Shown here: positions 50,249-59,827 of the stretch, one piece after another | How positions within the stretch are numbered: position 1 is the stretch's first letter | Layout of the letters: every line of letters starts with the position of its first letter | Assembly: GCA_045654805.1 (NCBI GenBank) | Contig: JAZOOD010000066.1 | Span: forward strand, 178 to 64,177 | From: Clostridia bacterium | Lineage (GTDB): Bacteria > Bacillota > Clostridia > Monoglobales > Firm-18 | Direction of reading: 5' to 3' | DNA length: 64,000 nucleotides | Made by a program: the position numbers and the translations under genes | Notes under the pieces: model-generated | The model's input: only the letters and a program-made list of their open reading frames with translations | What the model was told of the DNA's origin: nothing | The model's database searches: none

Positions 50249-50995
50249 TTGAAATTCATTTCGTGGAACGTAAACGGCTTCAGAGCTTGCCTGACAAAGG
50301 GATTTGAAGATTTTTTCAATAAAATTGATGCGGACATTTTTTGCCTTCAGGAAACAAAAATGCAACCTGAACAAATGACCTTTAATCCTGAAAATTATTA
50401 TGTATATATGAACAGTGCAGTAAAAAAAGGTTATTCAGGCACCGCATTATTTTCCAAACAAGAGCCTTTAAATGTAACTTACGGCATTAACGGTGAACAC
50501 AATGATGAGGGTAGGGTAATAACTGCGGAATATGATGATTTTTACTTCGTCACCTGTTATGTGCCTAATGCTCAGCAGGAGCTTGCAAGGCTGAATTACA
50601 GAATGGAATTTGAGGATGCTATGCGGGGGTATCTTATAGAGCTTGATAGCAAAAAGGCCGTAATTTATTGCGGAGACCTTAATGTGGCACACAAGGAAAT
50701 AGACCTTAAAAATCCAAAATCCAATGTTGGTAATCCCGGCTTTTCAAACGAAGAACGTGCAAAGTTTACCCAACTTTTAGATGCAGGCTTTACAGACTCC
50801 TTCCGTCATCTGTACCCTGATAAGACAGAAGCTTACTCCTGGTGGTCATATCGCTTCAGCGCAAGGCAAAAAAATATTGGATGGAGAATAGATTACTTTG
50901 TGGTTTCAAACTCCATTAAGGACAAAATTAAGTCCGCAGAAATTTATTCCGACATATTGGGAAGTGACCATTGTCCAATTGGGTTGGAGATTTAA
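50249..50995 (+). CDS. xth: Exodeoxyribonuclease III
   Basis: SWNVNG, LQETK, GDLNVAH, GWRIDY, SDHCP; TTG start. Confidence 0.96.
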   Translation: MKFISWNVNGFRACLTKGFEDFFNKIDADIFCLQETKMQPEQMTFNPENYYVYMNSAVKKGYSGTALFSKQEPLNVTYGINGEHNDEGRVITAEYDDFYFVTCYVPNAQQELARLNYRMEFEDAMRGYLIELDSKKAVIYCGDLNVAHKEIDLKNPKSNVGNPGFSNEERAKFTQLLDAGFTDSFRHLYPDKTEAYSWWSYRFSARQKNIGWRIDYFVVSNSIKDKIKSAEIYSDILGSDHCPIGLEI

Positions 50996-51056
50996 TAAAA
51001 AACATCCTTTAATAACATATGCTCTATAGTACAGCGGAACAAATAATTTTTAATAT

Positions 51057-51324
51057 AATATTTTTTATGTACTTTTGTAGCAAAAGTACCAAAACGCGGG
51101 GGTTTCGATTCCCCCGCACCCCTAAACGACAAGGACTTTGCCCTTGACCCGTTTGTGGGTTTCTTTATTTTACAGATTAAAGTATATGCTGTCTATCAAA
51201 TCCAAAAACTTCACGCCGTCGCCATACACGAACTTATCGTGCTGACTCCTAAAATCATTGTCCTGCAGCGGAATTTGATAACAATGATTTTACCCTTGTT
51301 TTTGGATTTTTTGGTTGATGTGTG
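51057..51324. repeat. Dispersed modular palindromic repeat, copy 3 (modules A and B only)
   Basis: Matches copy 2 through the A-B spacer TTTTACAGATTAAAGTAT; module C is absent. Confidence 0.9.
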
Positions 51325-51342
51325 AAATAAATACATAAAAAT

Positions 51343-51375
51343 AAAGACAGTAGCGGTTTAGTTACTGTCTTTTTT
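51343..51375. terminator. Bidirectional terminator
   Basis: AAAGACAGTAGC-GGTTTA-GTTACTGTCTTTTTT. Confidence 0.75.
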
Positions 51376-51386
51376 GATGTTGCGTT

Positions 51387-51677
51387 TTATAAATCGTAGT
51401 CAATTGCCACACTACCTGTTGTATTAGCGTGCATATATGTTTTTACGACATCGCAATGATATTTGTCCGCTTGATATTCGTCCAAGGCAGCCCTGTCATC
51501 AAGCTCAACCTGCAAAATAACATCATATGAACGGGGTGAGCACAAAAAGTCTGTTCCAACCTCGATTGAACGGATTGTAGGAACATTGCCTACCATAGAC
51601 ATTAAAACTTCCTTAGCCTTGTTTTTTGATTCATCACTGCTATCAGCAAGCTTAAAGCATACTATGTGTTTAATCAT
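51387..51677 (-). CDS. Dabb (stress-responsive A/B barrel) protein
   Basis: MIKHIVCFKL, L..YQ...H, AIDY; RBS AGGAGG. Confidence 0.85.
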   Translation of the reverse strand: MIKHIVCFKLADSSDESKNKAKEVLMSMVGNVPTIRSIEVGTDFLCSPRSYDVILQVELDDRAALDEYQADKYHCDVVKTYMHANTTGSVAIDYDL

Positions 51678-51818
51678 ATTAATTCCTCCTAAAGTTTCAT
51701 AATATAATTTTACCACTTTATAGTAATATTGTAAAGAGAAAAAACAGAAATGGCACTGTGATAAACACAATGCCACCTCTGTTTTAGTGAGATTTAGTAT
51801 ATGAAGAAAGATTATTGG

Positions 51819-53153
51819 TTAATTACCGGGCTTTTCCTCGCCTAAGACAACTTTTAAAGACATAGTCTGACCGCTGCGGACTACTGTAAGCTCCATAGAC
51901 TCTCCTGCCTTATGTTTGTCTCTTATATCATTAAGTTCATCCATAGTTGTTACAGTCTGACCGTCTGCCTTTATAATAACATCACCCATCAAAACGCCTG
52001 CTTTTTCAGCACCGCTGCCCTGTGAAACAGAAACAACATAAAGTCCTACAGGCATATTGTAATATGCCGACATATCCGATGTAATTTCGCGGACACCTAC
52101 GCCAATCTGAGGTCTGCCGGAAACATATCCTCTGTCAATTAGTTCTTCGATTATAGGCACAGCAACATCTATTGGAATGGCAAAGCCCATGCCCTCTGTA
52201 TCGGTAGTGCTTATTTTAACAGTATTAATACCCACAATCTGTCCGTAATTATTCACAAGTGGACCCCCGCTGTTACCGGGGTTAATTGCCGCATCTGTCT
52301 GGACGAGGGTATACTGTCTGCCGTCAACATTCATAGTTCTGTTAAGTGCACTTATAACACCTGCCGTAACAGAGCCCTGAAATTCCAGACCTAAGGGATT
52401 ACCTATGGCAACTGCAAGCTCACCGACCTTAAGCTCAGAAGATTTGCCAAGCTCTGCAACAGGCAAGCCTTTAGCATTAATTTTTAATACAGCAAGGTCA
52501 GTTTTTGCATCCTGTCCCACAATTTCAGCTTCATATTCTTCACCTGAATTAAGCACAACCTGTATGCTGTTTGCACCCTCAATAACGTGACTGTTAGTTA
52601 CAATATAACCATCACTGCTGATGATAAAACCGGAACCATTGCCCTCTTGTTCACTAACGCCTCCGCCCCACCAGGACATTACTGTCTGTTTATTTACAAT
52701 ACCCACAACCGCAGGTCCAACCTTATCGGCAATTTGAGTAATGTTAAGTGCCTGACCGGTAGTCAAGCCGTTAGCGGCGGTAATGGCATTTCCTGATTCA
52801 CTAACTGAATATTGTTTTATATTTTTACTCAAATAGGGTGCAAATTTTGAGGAATTCAAAGCATAGGTAAGTGCACCTCCAAAAATAACTGCACCTGCAA
52901 ACATACCGCATACAACTGCAGCTGTATAACGGAAAAAGTTACTTTTTCTCTTGTGCTTATTAATACAAGTTTCCTCTATATATGGATTTTTGTAATCTAT
53001 ATCTCTGCTGAAAATAAGAGAAGTTTCTGCACATACGCTTTTACATTCTTCAGGCTGATTACCTTCCTGTTCAACTACAACTTCACTTTCCATTTCAGCA
53101 CTGTTTTCTTGACTAATTACAGTTTCTTTAAAGAATTCGTTATTTTCATACAT
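51819..53153 (-). CDS. htrA: HtrA/DegP serine protease with PDZ domain
   Basis: GSGFII, TNSHV, DLAVLK, QTDAAINPGNSGGPL, PDZ. Confidence 0.95.
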   Translation of the reverse strand: MYENNEFFKETVISQENSAEMESEVVVEQEGNQPEECKSVCAETSLIFSRDIDYKNPYIEETCINKHKRKSNFFRYTAAVVCGMFAGAVIFGGALTYALNSSKFAPYLSKNIKQYSVSESGNAITAANGLTTGQALNITQIADKVGPAVVGIVNKQTVMSWWGGGVSEQEGNGSGFIISSDGYIVTNSHVIEGANSIQVVLNSGEEYEAEIVGQDAKTDLAVLKINAKGLPVAELGKSSELKVGELAVAIGNPLGLEFQGSVTAGVISALNRTMNVDGRQYTLVQTDAAINPGNSGGPLVNNYGQIVGINTVKISTTDTEGMGFAIPIDVAVPIIEELIDRGYVSGRPQIGVGVREITSDMSAYYNMPVGLYVVSVSQGSGAEKAGVLMGDVIIKADGQTVTTMDELNDIRDKHKAGESMELTVVRSGQTMSLKVVLGEEKPGN

Positions 53154-53263
53154 ACCAAACGCCTCCTGCAAACTACTGTATATTTATAATATCACTTTAA
53201 ACTAACAAAATGATGAACAAAATATTAACAAAGGGATTTAAATGATTAATATTTTGTAAACAA

Positions 53264-54682
53264 CTACTTCAAATTTAAAGTAAATTCAAATTCAACGGAA
53301 TTTTCATCACTTATAATATTAATATGCTGATTATGTTGGTTGATTATGCTTTTCACAATAAACAATCCAAGTCCGGAGCCTGTTTTATACATACTTCTGG
53401 ACTGGTCTGCCTTATAATAACGGTCCCAGATGTATTTTTGCTCCTCTTCACTTATAGAACTGCCGTAATTTTTAATACTGCAATACGCCAGATTATTTCT
53501 GTTTTTTATAGAAATTTCAATTTCCGAATTAATTGCTGCAAACTTAAGGGCATTATCCAGCAAATTCTGTATTACGCGATAAATTGCAGACTCATCCGCC
53601 TCAACAACATTTTCAGTCTTTTCGTACTTGAATTGAATAAATATATTCTTTTCTCTTATACGCTTTTCCATAGATATAACTATACTGCGTATAATTTCGT
53701 TAAGGTCAAATTCCGACATATTGGGAACGAAGCTCCCGCTTTCATATTTGGACAAATCCAGATTGTTTTCAACCATATGCTGCATTCTTTCCGCCTCTGA
53801 CAATGCCACCCCAAGATACTGATTTTGCATATCCGCAGGGATTGTTCCGTCCATAATACCACGCACATATCCCATAATTGTAGTAAGAGGCGTACGTAAG
53901 TCGTGGGATATATTGGCAATAAAATCCGACCTTGCCTTGTCCTGCTTTTCCAGCTCTGTAGACATTTTGTTAAACGTAGCAATAACCTCGTTGTATTCAT
54001 TGATTTTGGTAAAACAATCCAATGTGGTGTAGCGTCCCAGCATAATCTCTCTGGCACCATTACCAATCCTTTTAAGCGGTTTAATAAGACTTCTGGACAG
54101 AAAATACGATGTAACAAGTGCTACCAGTATAGCGATTCCTACAGATATGAGATTTCTTGTAACAGTTGCAAAAAGCTCATTGCTCAAAACCTCATTTTTG
54201 GTTATAACAAATATTATCCCCTGCACACTGCCGTTCAGTACAAAAGGGGATGCTACGGAAAATGTGTTAAAGCCGAATGTATCATTAAAAGCACCTGTAG
54301 CGTATGTAGACCTGCCCTGTAACACATCGCTGTATTTTTCAACCTCCAGCTTGTTTGGGAAGGTAACATTTGTATCAGATACCTTAAAGATATTGCCTGT
54401 GGCATCTGCTACAACTATTACACCCTCCACAGCTTCAGCAAGCTTATTTACAGATTCGGCATATAGTATAGATGCCTCAAGCATTTGGTTATCAATATAT
54501 TTTTCCGTTATATCATTAACCATATCAGCAACCTGCTTGAGCTCTATTGCATTTTCTTTGTTTGTATTTCTTACCGTCTGGAATATATTTATACTGCTCA
54601 TCAAAACGGAACATATTACAATAATTATAATACATAACCGCATCAGATAGTAAAATACCCCTCTGTTAACCTTTGACTTCAA
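53264..54682 (-). CDS. Sensor histidine kinase (HAMP, HisKA, HATPase)
   Basis: SHDLRTPL, NLLDNALK, GSGLGLFIV; start uncertain. Confidence 0.9.
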   Translation of the reverse strand: MKSKVNRGVFYYLMRLCIIIIVICSVLMSSINIFQTVRNTNKENAIELKQVADMVNDITEKYIDNQMLEASILYAESVNKLAEAVEGVIVVADATGNIFKVSDTNVTFPNKLEVEKYSDVLQGRSTYATGAFNDTFGFNTFSVASPFVLNGSVQGIIFVITKNEVLSNELFATVTRNLISVGIAILVALVTSYFLSRSLIKPLKRIGNGAREIMLGRYTTLDCFTKINEYNEVIATFNKMSTELEKQDKARSDFIANISHDLRTPLTTIMGYVRGIMDGTIPADMQNQYLGVALSEAERMQHMVENNLDLSKYESGSFVPNMSEFDLNEIIRSIVISMEKRIREKNIFIQFKYEKTENVVEADESAIYRVIQNLLDNALKFAAINSEIEISIKNRNNLAYCSIKNYGSSISEEEQKYIWDRYYKADQSRSMYKTGSGLGLFIVKSIINQHNQHINIISDENSVEFEFTLNLK

Positions 54683-55346
54683 ATTTATACCCAACTCCCC
54701 ACACGGTTTTAAGCTCCCAATCCTCCGAAGCACCGTCAATTTTTTCTCTTATTCTTTTAACGTGGACATCCACAGTACGGGTTGTATCCCCCGCATATTC
54801 AAAGCCCCATACTTCATTTAAAAGCTGGTCACGGGTAAATACCTTGTTTGGATTGGAAGCCAGATGATACAAAAGTTCAATTTCCTTGGGCGGAGCCTCT
54901 ACTTCCTCATTGTTTACCACAAGCTTATAATTCATTATATCCAATGAAAAATTTTCGTATTCAATAACACCGCTTTCTGTTTCTACAGTTTCAGTTCTTC
55001 TAAGTACAGCTTTTATACGGGCTATTAATTCGTTAGGGTCAAAGGGCTTGCACACATAATCATCCGCCCCTGCCTCAAGACCTGTAATACGGTCGGAAAA
55101 TTCGCCCTTTGCAGTAAGCATAATTATAGGCACGTTGGAAACCTTGCGTATATTCTTACAAATTTCAATACCGCTTGTACCGGGCAGCATAATGTCCAGA
55201 ATAACAAGTGACGGCTGTTCCTCGTTAAATATCTGCATAGCCTTAACGCCGTTATAGGCAATAAGGGGTTCATATCCGGCTTTTAAAAGATATAACTTGA
55301 CCAATTCACATATATTAGCATCGTCATCTACTATTAAAATTTTCAT
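54666..55346 (-). CDS. OmpR-family response regulator
   Basis: ILIVDDD, LDIMLP, GADDY, RTVDVHV, TVWGVGYKF. Confidence 0.95.
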   Translation of the reverse strand: MKILIVDDDANICELVKLYLLKAGYEPLIAYNGVKAMQIFNEEQPSLVILDIMLPGTSGIEICKNIRKVSNVPIIMLTAKGEFSDRITGLEAGADDYVCKPFDPNELIARIKAVLRRTETVETESGVIEYENFSLDIMNYKLVVNNEEVEAPPKEIELLYHLASNPNKVFTRDQLLNEVWGFEYAGDTTRTVDVHVKRIREKIDGASEDWELKTVWGVGYKFEVKG

Positions 55347-55423
55347 ACCTTTTCCTCCTTTTATATACACAAAAGGACTAACGCTCTCAACAGTTACAGG
55401 CTGTGAGGGCATCAGCCCTTTAT

Positions 55424-56062
55424 TTATTGTTCTATATACTCTCTGACGCGTAATTTGGCACCGTTATCTTCCGCAATTTTACGACACTTTTCAATATCAT
55501 CAGCAGGGAGCAAGTCAACAACTGAAAATACAGTTTCAATACCTAATTTGGCACATTTTGCACCGAACAAAATAAGCTCGTCAAATGCCTTTTCTCCAAA
55601 TTCACTGTGGCATACCGCCTGATATTCCTTTGCGTTTTTATTGTTAAGGCTTATTGATACAACGTCAAAAAGTCCTTTCATTTGCGGAGTAACATCACAT
55701 CCGCGAATAAGGTTTGCCTGACCGTTGGTGTTAAGACGCACCTTAAGATTTTTAGCCTTTAGCCACTTTGCAATGTCAATACATTCGTCAAACCGTTCCG
55801 TAGGCTCTCCAAAGCCGCAGAACACAATTTCTTCGTATTTATCAAGCTGACGGCTTTTTAGACTTTCTATTACTTCCTCCACCTCAGGCTCTCTGTCAAG
55901 CCAAAGCTCCGATTCTACACCGCCCAAGTCCCGGTCGGATTGCCATTCGTTATGTGTAAGGTCATTTGCCCTTGCAGTACGCAGGCAAAAATCACAGGCA
56001 TTTGAGCAACGGTTTGTAAGGTTTATATACAGCTTGTTTCCAAGCTCATATGTTATTATCAT
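55424..56062 (-). CDS. TatD-associated radical SAM protein
   Basis: LYINLTNRCSNACDFC, EIVFCGFGEP, NTNG; directly after tatD. Confidence 0.88.
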   Translation of the reverse strand: MIITYELGNKLYINLTNRCSNACDFCLRTARANDLTHNEWQSDRDLGGVESELWLDREPEVEEVIESLKSRQLDKYEEIVFCGFGEPTERFDECIDIAKWLKAKNLKVRLNTNGQANLIRGCDVTPQMKGLFDVVSISLNNKNAKEYQAVCHSEFGEKAFDELILFGAKCAKLGIETVFSVVDLLPADDIEKCRKIAEDNGAKLRVREYIEQ

Positions 56063-56816
56063 CAAGTCTGTACACCCTCTTTGCATTAACAAGTGTCTGA
56101 TGTGCCATTTCCTCAAAGGAAACACCCTTTATTTCCGCAAGCTTTTCGCAGGTATAACGTACAAGCGAGCTGTCGTTACGCTTACCGCGAAAACCGTCGG
56201 GTGCAAGGTACGGAGCATCTGTTTCAATAAGCAGTCTGTCCATTGGCACAATCTTTGCCGCCTCTACGGATTTAACATTATTTTTAAAAGTCAAAGGCCC
56301 TGCAAAGGAAATATAAAACCCCAGCTTTAAAAACCTTTCCGCCATTTCCTTACTTCCTGAAAAGCAGTGCATTATACCCTTTGCCTTTGAATCCTTTAGT
56401 ATATTATAAGTGTCCTCGTGGGCGTCACGGTTGTGGATTACAATAGGCATATCAAGCTCCTCCGCAAGTTCAAGCTGGCGTTTAAACCAATGCTTTTGAA
56501 CGTTGCGGTCAACATTGTCCCAATAATAATCCAAACCGATTTCACCTATGGCAATAACCTTTTTGTCCTTTGCAAGCTCACGGATTTTATCAATATGTTC
56601 CTCCGTCATATCCGCAGTATCACAAGGATGCACACCTACTGTTGCATATATAAAATCATACATATGTGCAAGCTTTATGGAAAAATCAGATGTTAAAACA
56701 TCGCACCCGATGTTAACCAAGGCACTTACACCGCTTGCCTTAATTTTTTCAATAACCTCTTCACGGTCCTGGTCAAACTTTGGATCGTGAAGATGAGTAT
56801 GTGTGTCAAAAAGCAT
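56046..56816 (-). CDS. tatD: TatD-family deoxyribonuclease
   Basis: DTHTH, GVHP, GEIGLDYY, HCFSG, ETDAPYL. Confidence 0.95.
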   Translation of the reverse strand: MLFDTHTHLHDPKFDQDREEVIEKIKASGVSALVNIGCDVLTSDFSIKLAHMYDFIYATVGVHPCDTADMTEEHIDKIRELAKDKKVIAIGEIGLDYYWDNVDRNVQKHWFKRQLELAEELDMPIVIHNRDAHEDTYNILKDSKAKGIMHCFSGSKEMAERFLKLGFYISFAGPLTFKNNVKSVEAAKIVPMDRLLIETDAPYLAPDGFRGKRNDSSLVRYTCEKLAEIKGVSFEEMAHQTLVNAKRVYRLDDNNI

Positions 56817-58745
56817 TTATCTCACCTGTGTTCCTGATGGAATGTCATCACTTAATTCCATTATCTTCAATACCTCGTCTGTTGCGCCTGCAAGTATCAT
56901 ACCGTTACTCATAATACCCCGTAGTTTAACAGGCTTTAGGTTTGCAATCATAACCACATTTTTGCCTACCATATCCTCAGGCTTGTAATGTTTTGCAATA
57001 CCTGATACAACTGTGCGTTCCTCATTGCCAAGCTTAACTGTCAGTTTCAAAAGCTTATCTGCCTTTTCAACCTTTTCCGCAGCAATAACCTTTGCAACAC
57101 GAAGGTCAAGCTTTTCAAAATCCTCAATAGTAATTTCAGGCTTTATAGGTTCAATTTCAGGCTCTTTTTCAGTATTAGCCTCTATTTCCTCAGAAATTTC
57201 CTGCAACTTCTTTTCCTCGTCGATACGGGCGAACATAGGCTTAGCCTCTCCTACCTTTTCACCTGTTTGAATACCGCCGAACTGTGCAATAGAATCCCAA
57301 GTATTAAGGCTTGTGTTAAGTGATGTAAAGATAAGTTCTGCAGTCTGCGGCATCATTGGTTGCAGCATTACCGCAATGTAACGGATACTTTCCAAAAGGT
57401 TGTACAAAACTGTAGCAAGTCTGTCCTTTTGAGCATCGTCCTTTGCAAGTGCCCAAGGCATAGTTTCGTCAATATATTTGTTGCTGCGGCGTACTATTGC
57501 CCAAATTTCGTCCATAGCGTCAGCTATGCGGAATTTGTTCATCAAATCAAAATATTTAGCCTTTGATGACTTACAGGTTTCAACCAATTCATCGTCAAAT
57601 TCGCCACCTGCCTTCGGGTTACTTATAACGCCGTCAAAATATTTGTTTGTCATAGCGATTGTTCTGTTAACAAGGTTGCCCAAAGTATTTGCAAGCTCGG
57701 AATTGTAACGGCTTATGATAGTTTCATAAGTGATAGTACCGTCTGCAGCAAAAGGCATTTCGTGAAGCACATAGTAACGTATTGCATCTACGCCAAAATG
57801 TCTTACAAGGTCGTCAGCATACATAACATTACCCTTGGACTTACTCATTTTATCAACACCGTTTAAAAGCCACGGGTGACCGAAAATCTGCTTTGGCAAC
57901 GGCTCACCCAAAGCCATAAGCATAATAGGCCAGTAAATAGTGTGGAAACGAAGAATATCCTTACCGATAATGTGGGCATCTGCCGGCCAGTATTTATTAT
58001 AAAGTTCGCCCTTGTTATCCGGTGAATATCCAAGTGCGGTAATATAGTTTGACAAAGCGTCAATCCACACATAGATAACATGTTTAGGGTCAGTCTTTAC
58101 AGGGATACCCCAGGTAAATGATGTACGGGACACGCACAAATCCTGCAAGCCCGGTTTTAGGAAGTTGTTTACCATTTCCTTTTTGCGGGATTCCGGCTGA
58201 ATAAAGTCCGGATTATCCTCAATATATTTCATCAGTTTGTCCTGATATTTACTCATTTTAAAGAAATATGCCTCTTCCTTTGCTCTTTGCACAGGGCGTC
58301 CGCAGTCGGGGCAAATATTACCTTCTGCAACCTGTGTGTCGGTAAAAAAGCTTTCACAAGGTACACAGTACCAACCTTCATACTCGCCCTTATAAATATC
58401 ACCCTGGTCGTAAAGCTTTTGGAAAATCTTCTGTACAGAATCCACGTGATAATCGTCAGTTGTCCTTATGAATTTGTCATAGCTTGTATTCATAAGGTCC
58501 CAAATATTTTTAACCTCACCCGCTACATTATCAACATATTCCTTAGGGTCAATGCCCGCCTCGTCAGCAAGCTGCTGAATTTTCTGACCGTGTTCATCAG
58601 TACCTGTAAGGAAGAAAACGTCGTTTCCAATCATTCTTTTAAACCTTGCCAATGCGTCTGTAAGTACAATTTCATAAGTATTACCGATATGCGGTTTTCT
58701 TGATGTGTATGCAATAGCAGTGGTTATATAAAATTTTTCACTCAT
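56817..58745 (-). CDS. metG: Methionine--tRNA ligase with C-terminal tRNA-binding domain
   Basis: HIGN, GTDEHG, YVWIDAL, KMSKS; RBS GGAGG gives ATG 58745. Confidence 0.97.
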   Translation of the reverse strand: MSEKFYITTAIAYTSRKPHIGNTYEIVLTDALARFKRMIGNDVFFLTGTDEHGQKIQQLADEAGIDPKEYVDNVAGEVKNIWDLMNTSYDKFIRTTDDYHVDSVQKIFQKLYDQGDIYKGEYEGWYCVPCESFFTDTQVAEGNICPDCGRPVQRAKEEAYFFKMSKYQDKLMKYIEDNPDFIQPESRKKEMVNNFLKPGLQDLCVSRTSFTWGIPVKTDPKHVIYVWIDALSNYITALGYSPDNKGELYNKYWPADAHIIGKDILRFHTIYWPIMLMALGEPLPKQIFGHPWLLNGVDKMSKSKGNVMYADDLVRHFGVDAIRYYVLHEMPFAADGTITYETIISRYNSELANTLGNLVNRTIAMTNKYFDGVISNPKAGGEFDDELVETCKSSKAKYFDLMNKFRIADAMDEIWAIVRRSNKYIDETMPWALAKDDAQKDRLATVLYNLLESIRYIAVMLQPMMPQTAELIFTSLNTSLNTWDSIAQFGGIQTGEKVGEAKPMFARIDEEKKLQEISEEIEANTEKEPEIEPIKPEITIEDFEKLDLRVAKVIAAEKVEKADKLLKLTVKLGNEERTVVSGIAKHYKPEDMVGKNVVMIANLKPVKLRGIMSNGMILAGATDEVLKIMELSDDIPSGTQVR

Positions 58746-58759
58746 TGCTTCTACCTCCA

Positions 58760-59827
58760 TTAAATATATAATCTTTCTATCTCACTTTTTATTAAAATAG
58801 GGTTACATTCCATAGTTGCAATATCCCCAATTTGCACGTTGGAATCTGTTACATCAACTACAATGTTGTGCATACTTATTCTGCCGATTATGGGGTAATT
58901 TTTGCCGTTTATTTCAACCCAAATTTTCTTATTCCACATTTTAAAGTCTGCAAACATATAACGCAGTATATCCATAAAACGGAACGTGTCGTTAGACTTT
59001 TGCACGCCGTAACCATCTTTATAGCCTACGGGTATAACCGCCGCCCTAGTGTCCCTTTTGGTAACGTATGTGTTTGCGTACCCTACAACCGAGCCCTTTG
59101 GCAAATTGCGTATTTCCGCGACATTACACTTTAAATGTGCAAGCCTTTTAAGACCAAGGGTATTCGGGATGGGTAGCCTTCCCAGATACGCAGAGCCTAT
59201 GCGTACTGCATCAAGCCTTGCATAGTCAAATTTAATTGCCCCGCAGGAATTGCATATATGCTTCATTGGCGGATTAATGCCTATATCATTCAGCTTTTCA
59301 ACTGCTTTTAAAAAGGTATCTAACTGCTTTTTGGAATAGTCGTCCTTGTCACCAAATGAATTTGAAAAGTGTGAAAACACGCCTGTATAAGTTATATTTT
59401 CAAAGTTTTTCAGTTCCTCGGTTAATTCATCACAGTAAAAACCATATCTTCCAAATCCTGTGTCTATTTTAACATGTGCACTCACAGGCAAGCCTATATC
59501 ATTAAGTATTTTTGCATTATTGACACTTGCAACAGTTGCGGTAATTTTGTTATCAACGATTATTTTAGCCTGGTCAACATCATTGGTTGGTGTAAGCAAA
59601 ATAATTTCGTTTTCAAAGCCTGCCTCCCTTAGAGTTACGCCTTCAGAAAGCTCACTTACTGCAAATAAATCTACGCCGTTTTCCAAAAGTATATGCCCCA
59701 TCTTAACCATATCAAGACCGTAAGCGTTACCCTTTAAAACTGCAATAAATTTTGCAGGTGCAATATGTTCCTTAAGCTTTTGGATATTAAAGCACAGGTC
59801 ATCCTTTTTAACTTCTAACCATTTCAT
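58760..59827 (-). CDS. Divergent second alanine-racemase-family protein
   Basis: VLKGNAYGL, HVKIDTGFGRYG, VGYANT, GYKDG, GRISMH; insertion of about 21 aa relative to alr. Confidence 0.85.
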   Translation of the reverse strand: MKWLEVKKDDLCFNIQKLKEHIAPAKFIAVLKGNAYGLDMVKMGHILLENGVDLFAVSELSEGVTLREAGFENEIILLTPTNDVDQAKIIVDNKITATVASVNNAKILNDIGLPVSAHVKIDTGFGRYGFYCDELTEELKNFENITYTGVFSHFSNSFGDKDDYSKKQLDTFLKAVEKLNDIGINPPMKHICNSCGAIKFDYARLDAVRIGSAYLGRLPIPNTLGLKRLAHLKCNVAEIRNLPKGSVVGYANTYVTKRDTRAAVIPVGYKDGYGVQKSNDTFRFMDILRYMFADFKMWNKKIWVEINGKNYPIIGRISMHNIVVDVTDSNVQIGDIATMECNPILIKSEIERLYI

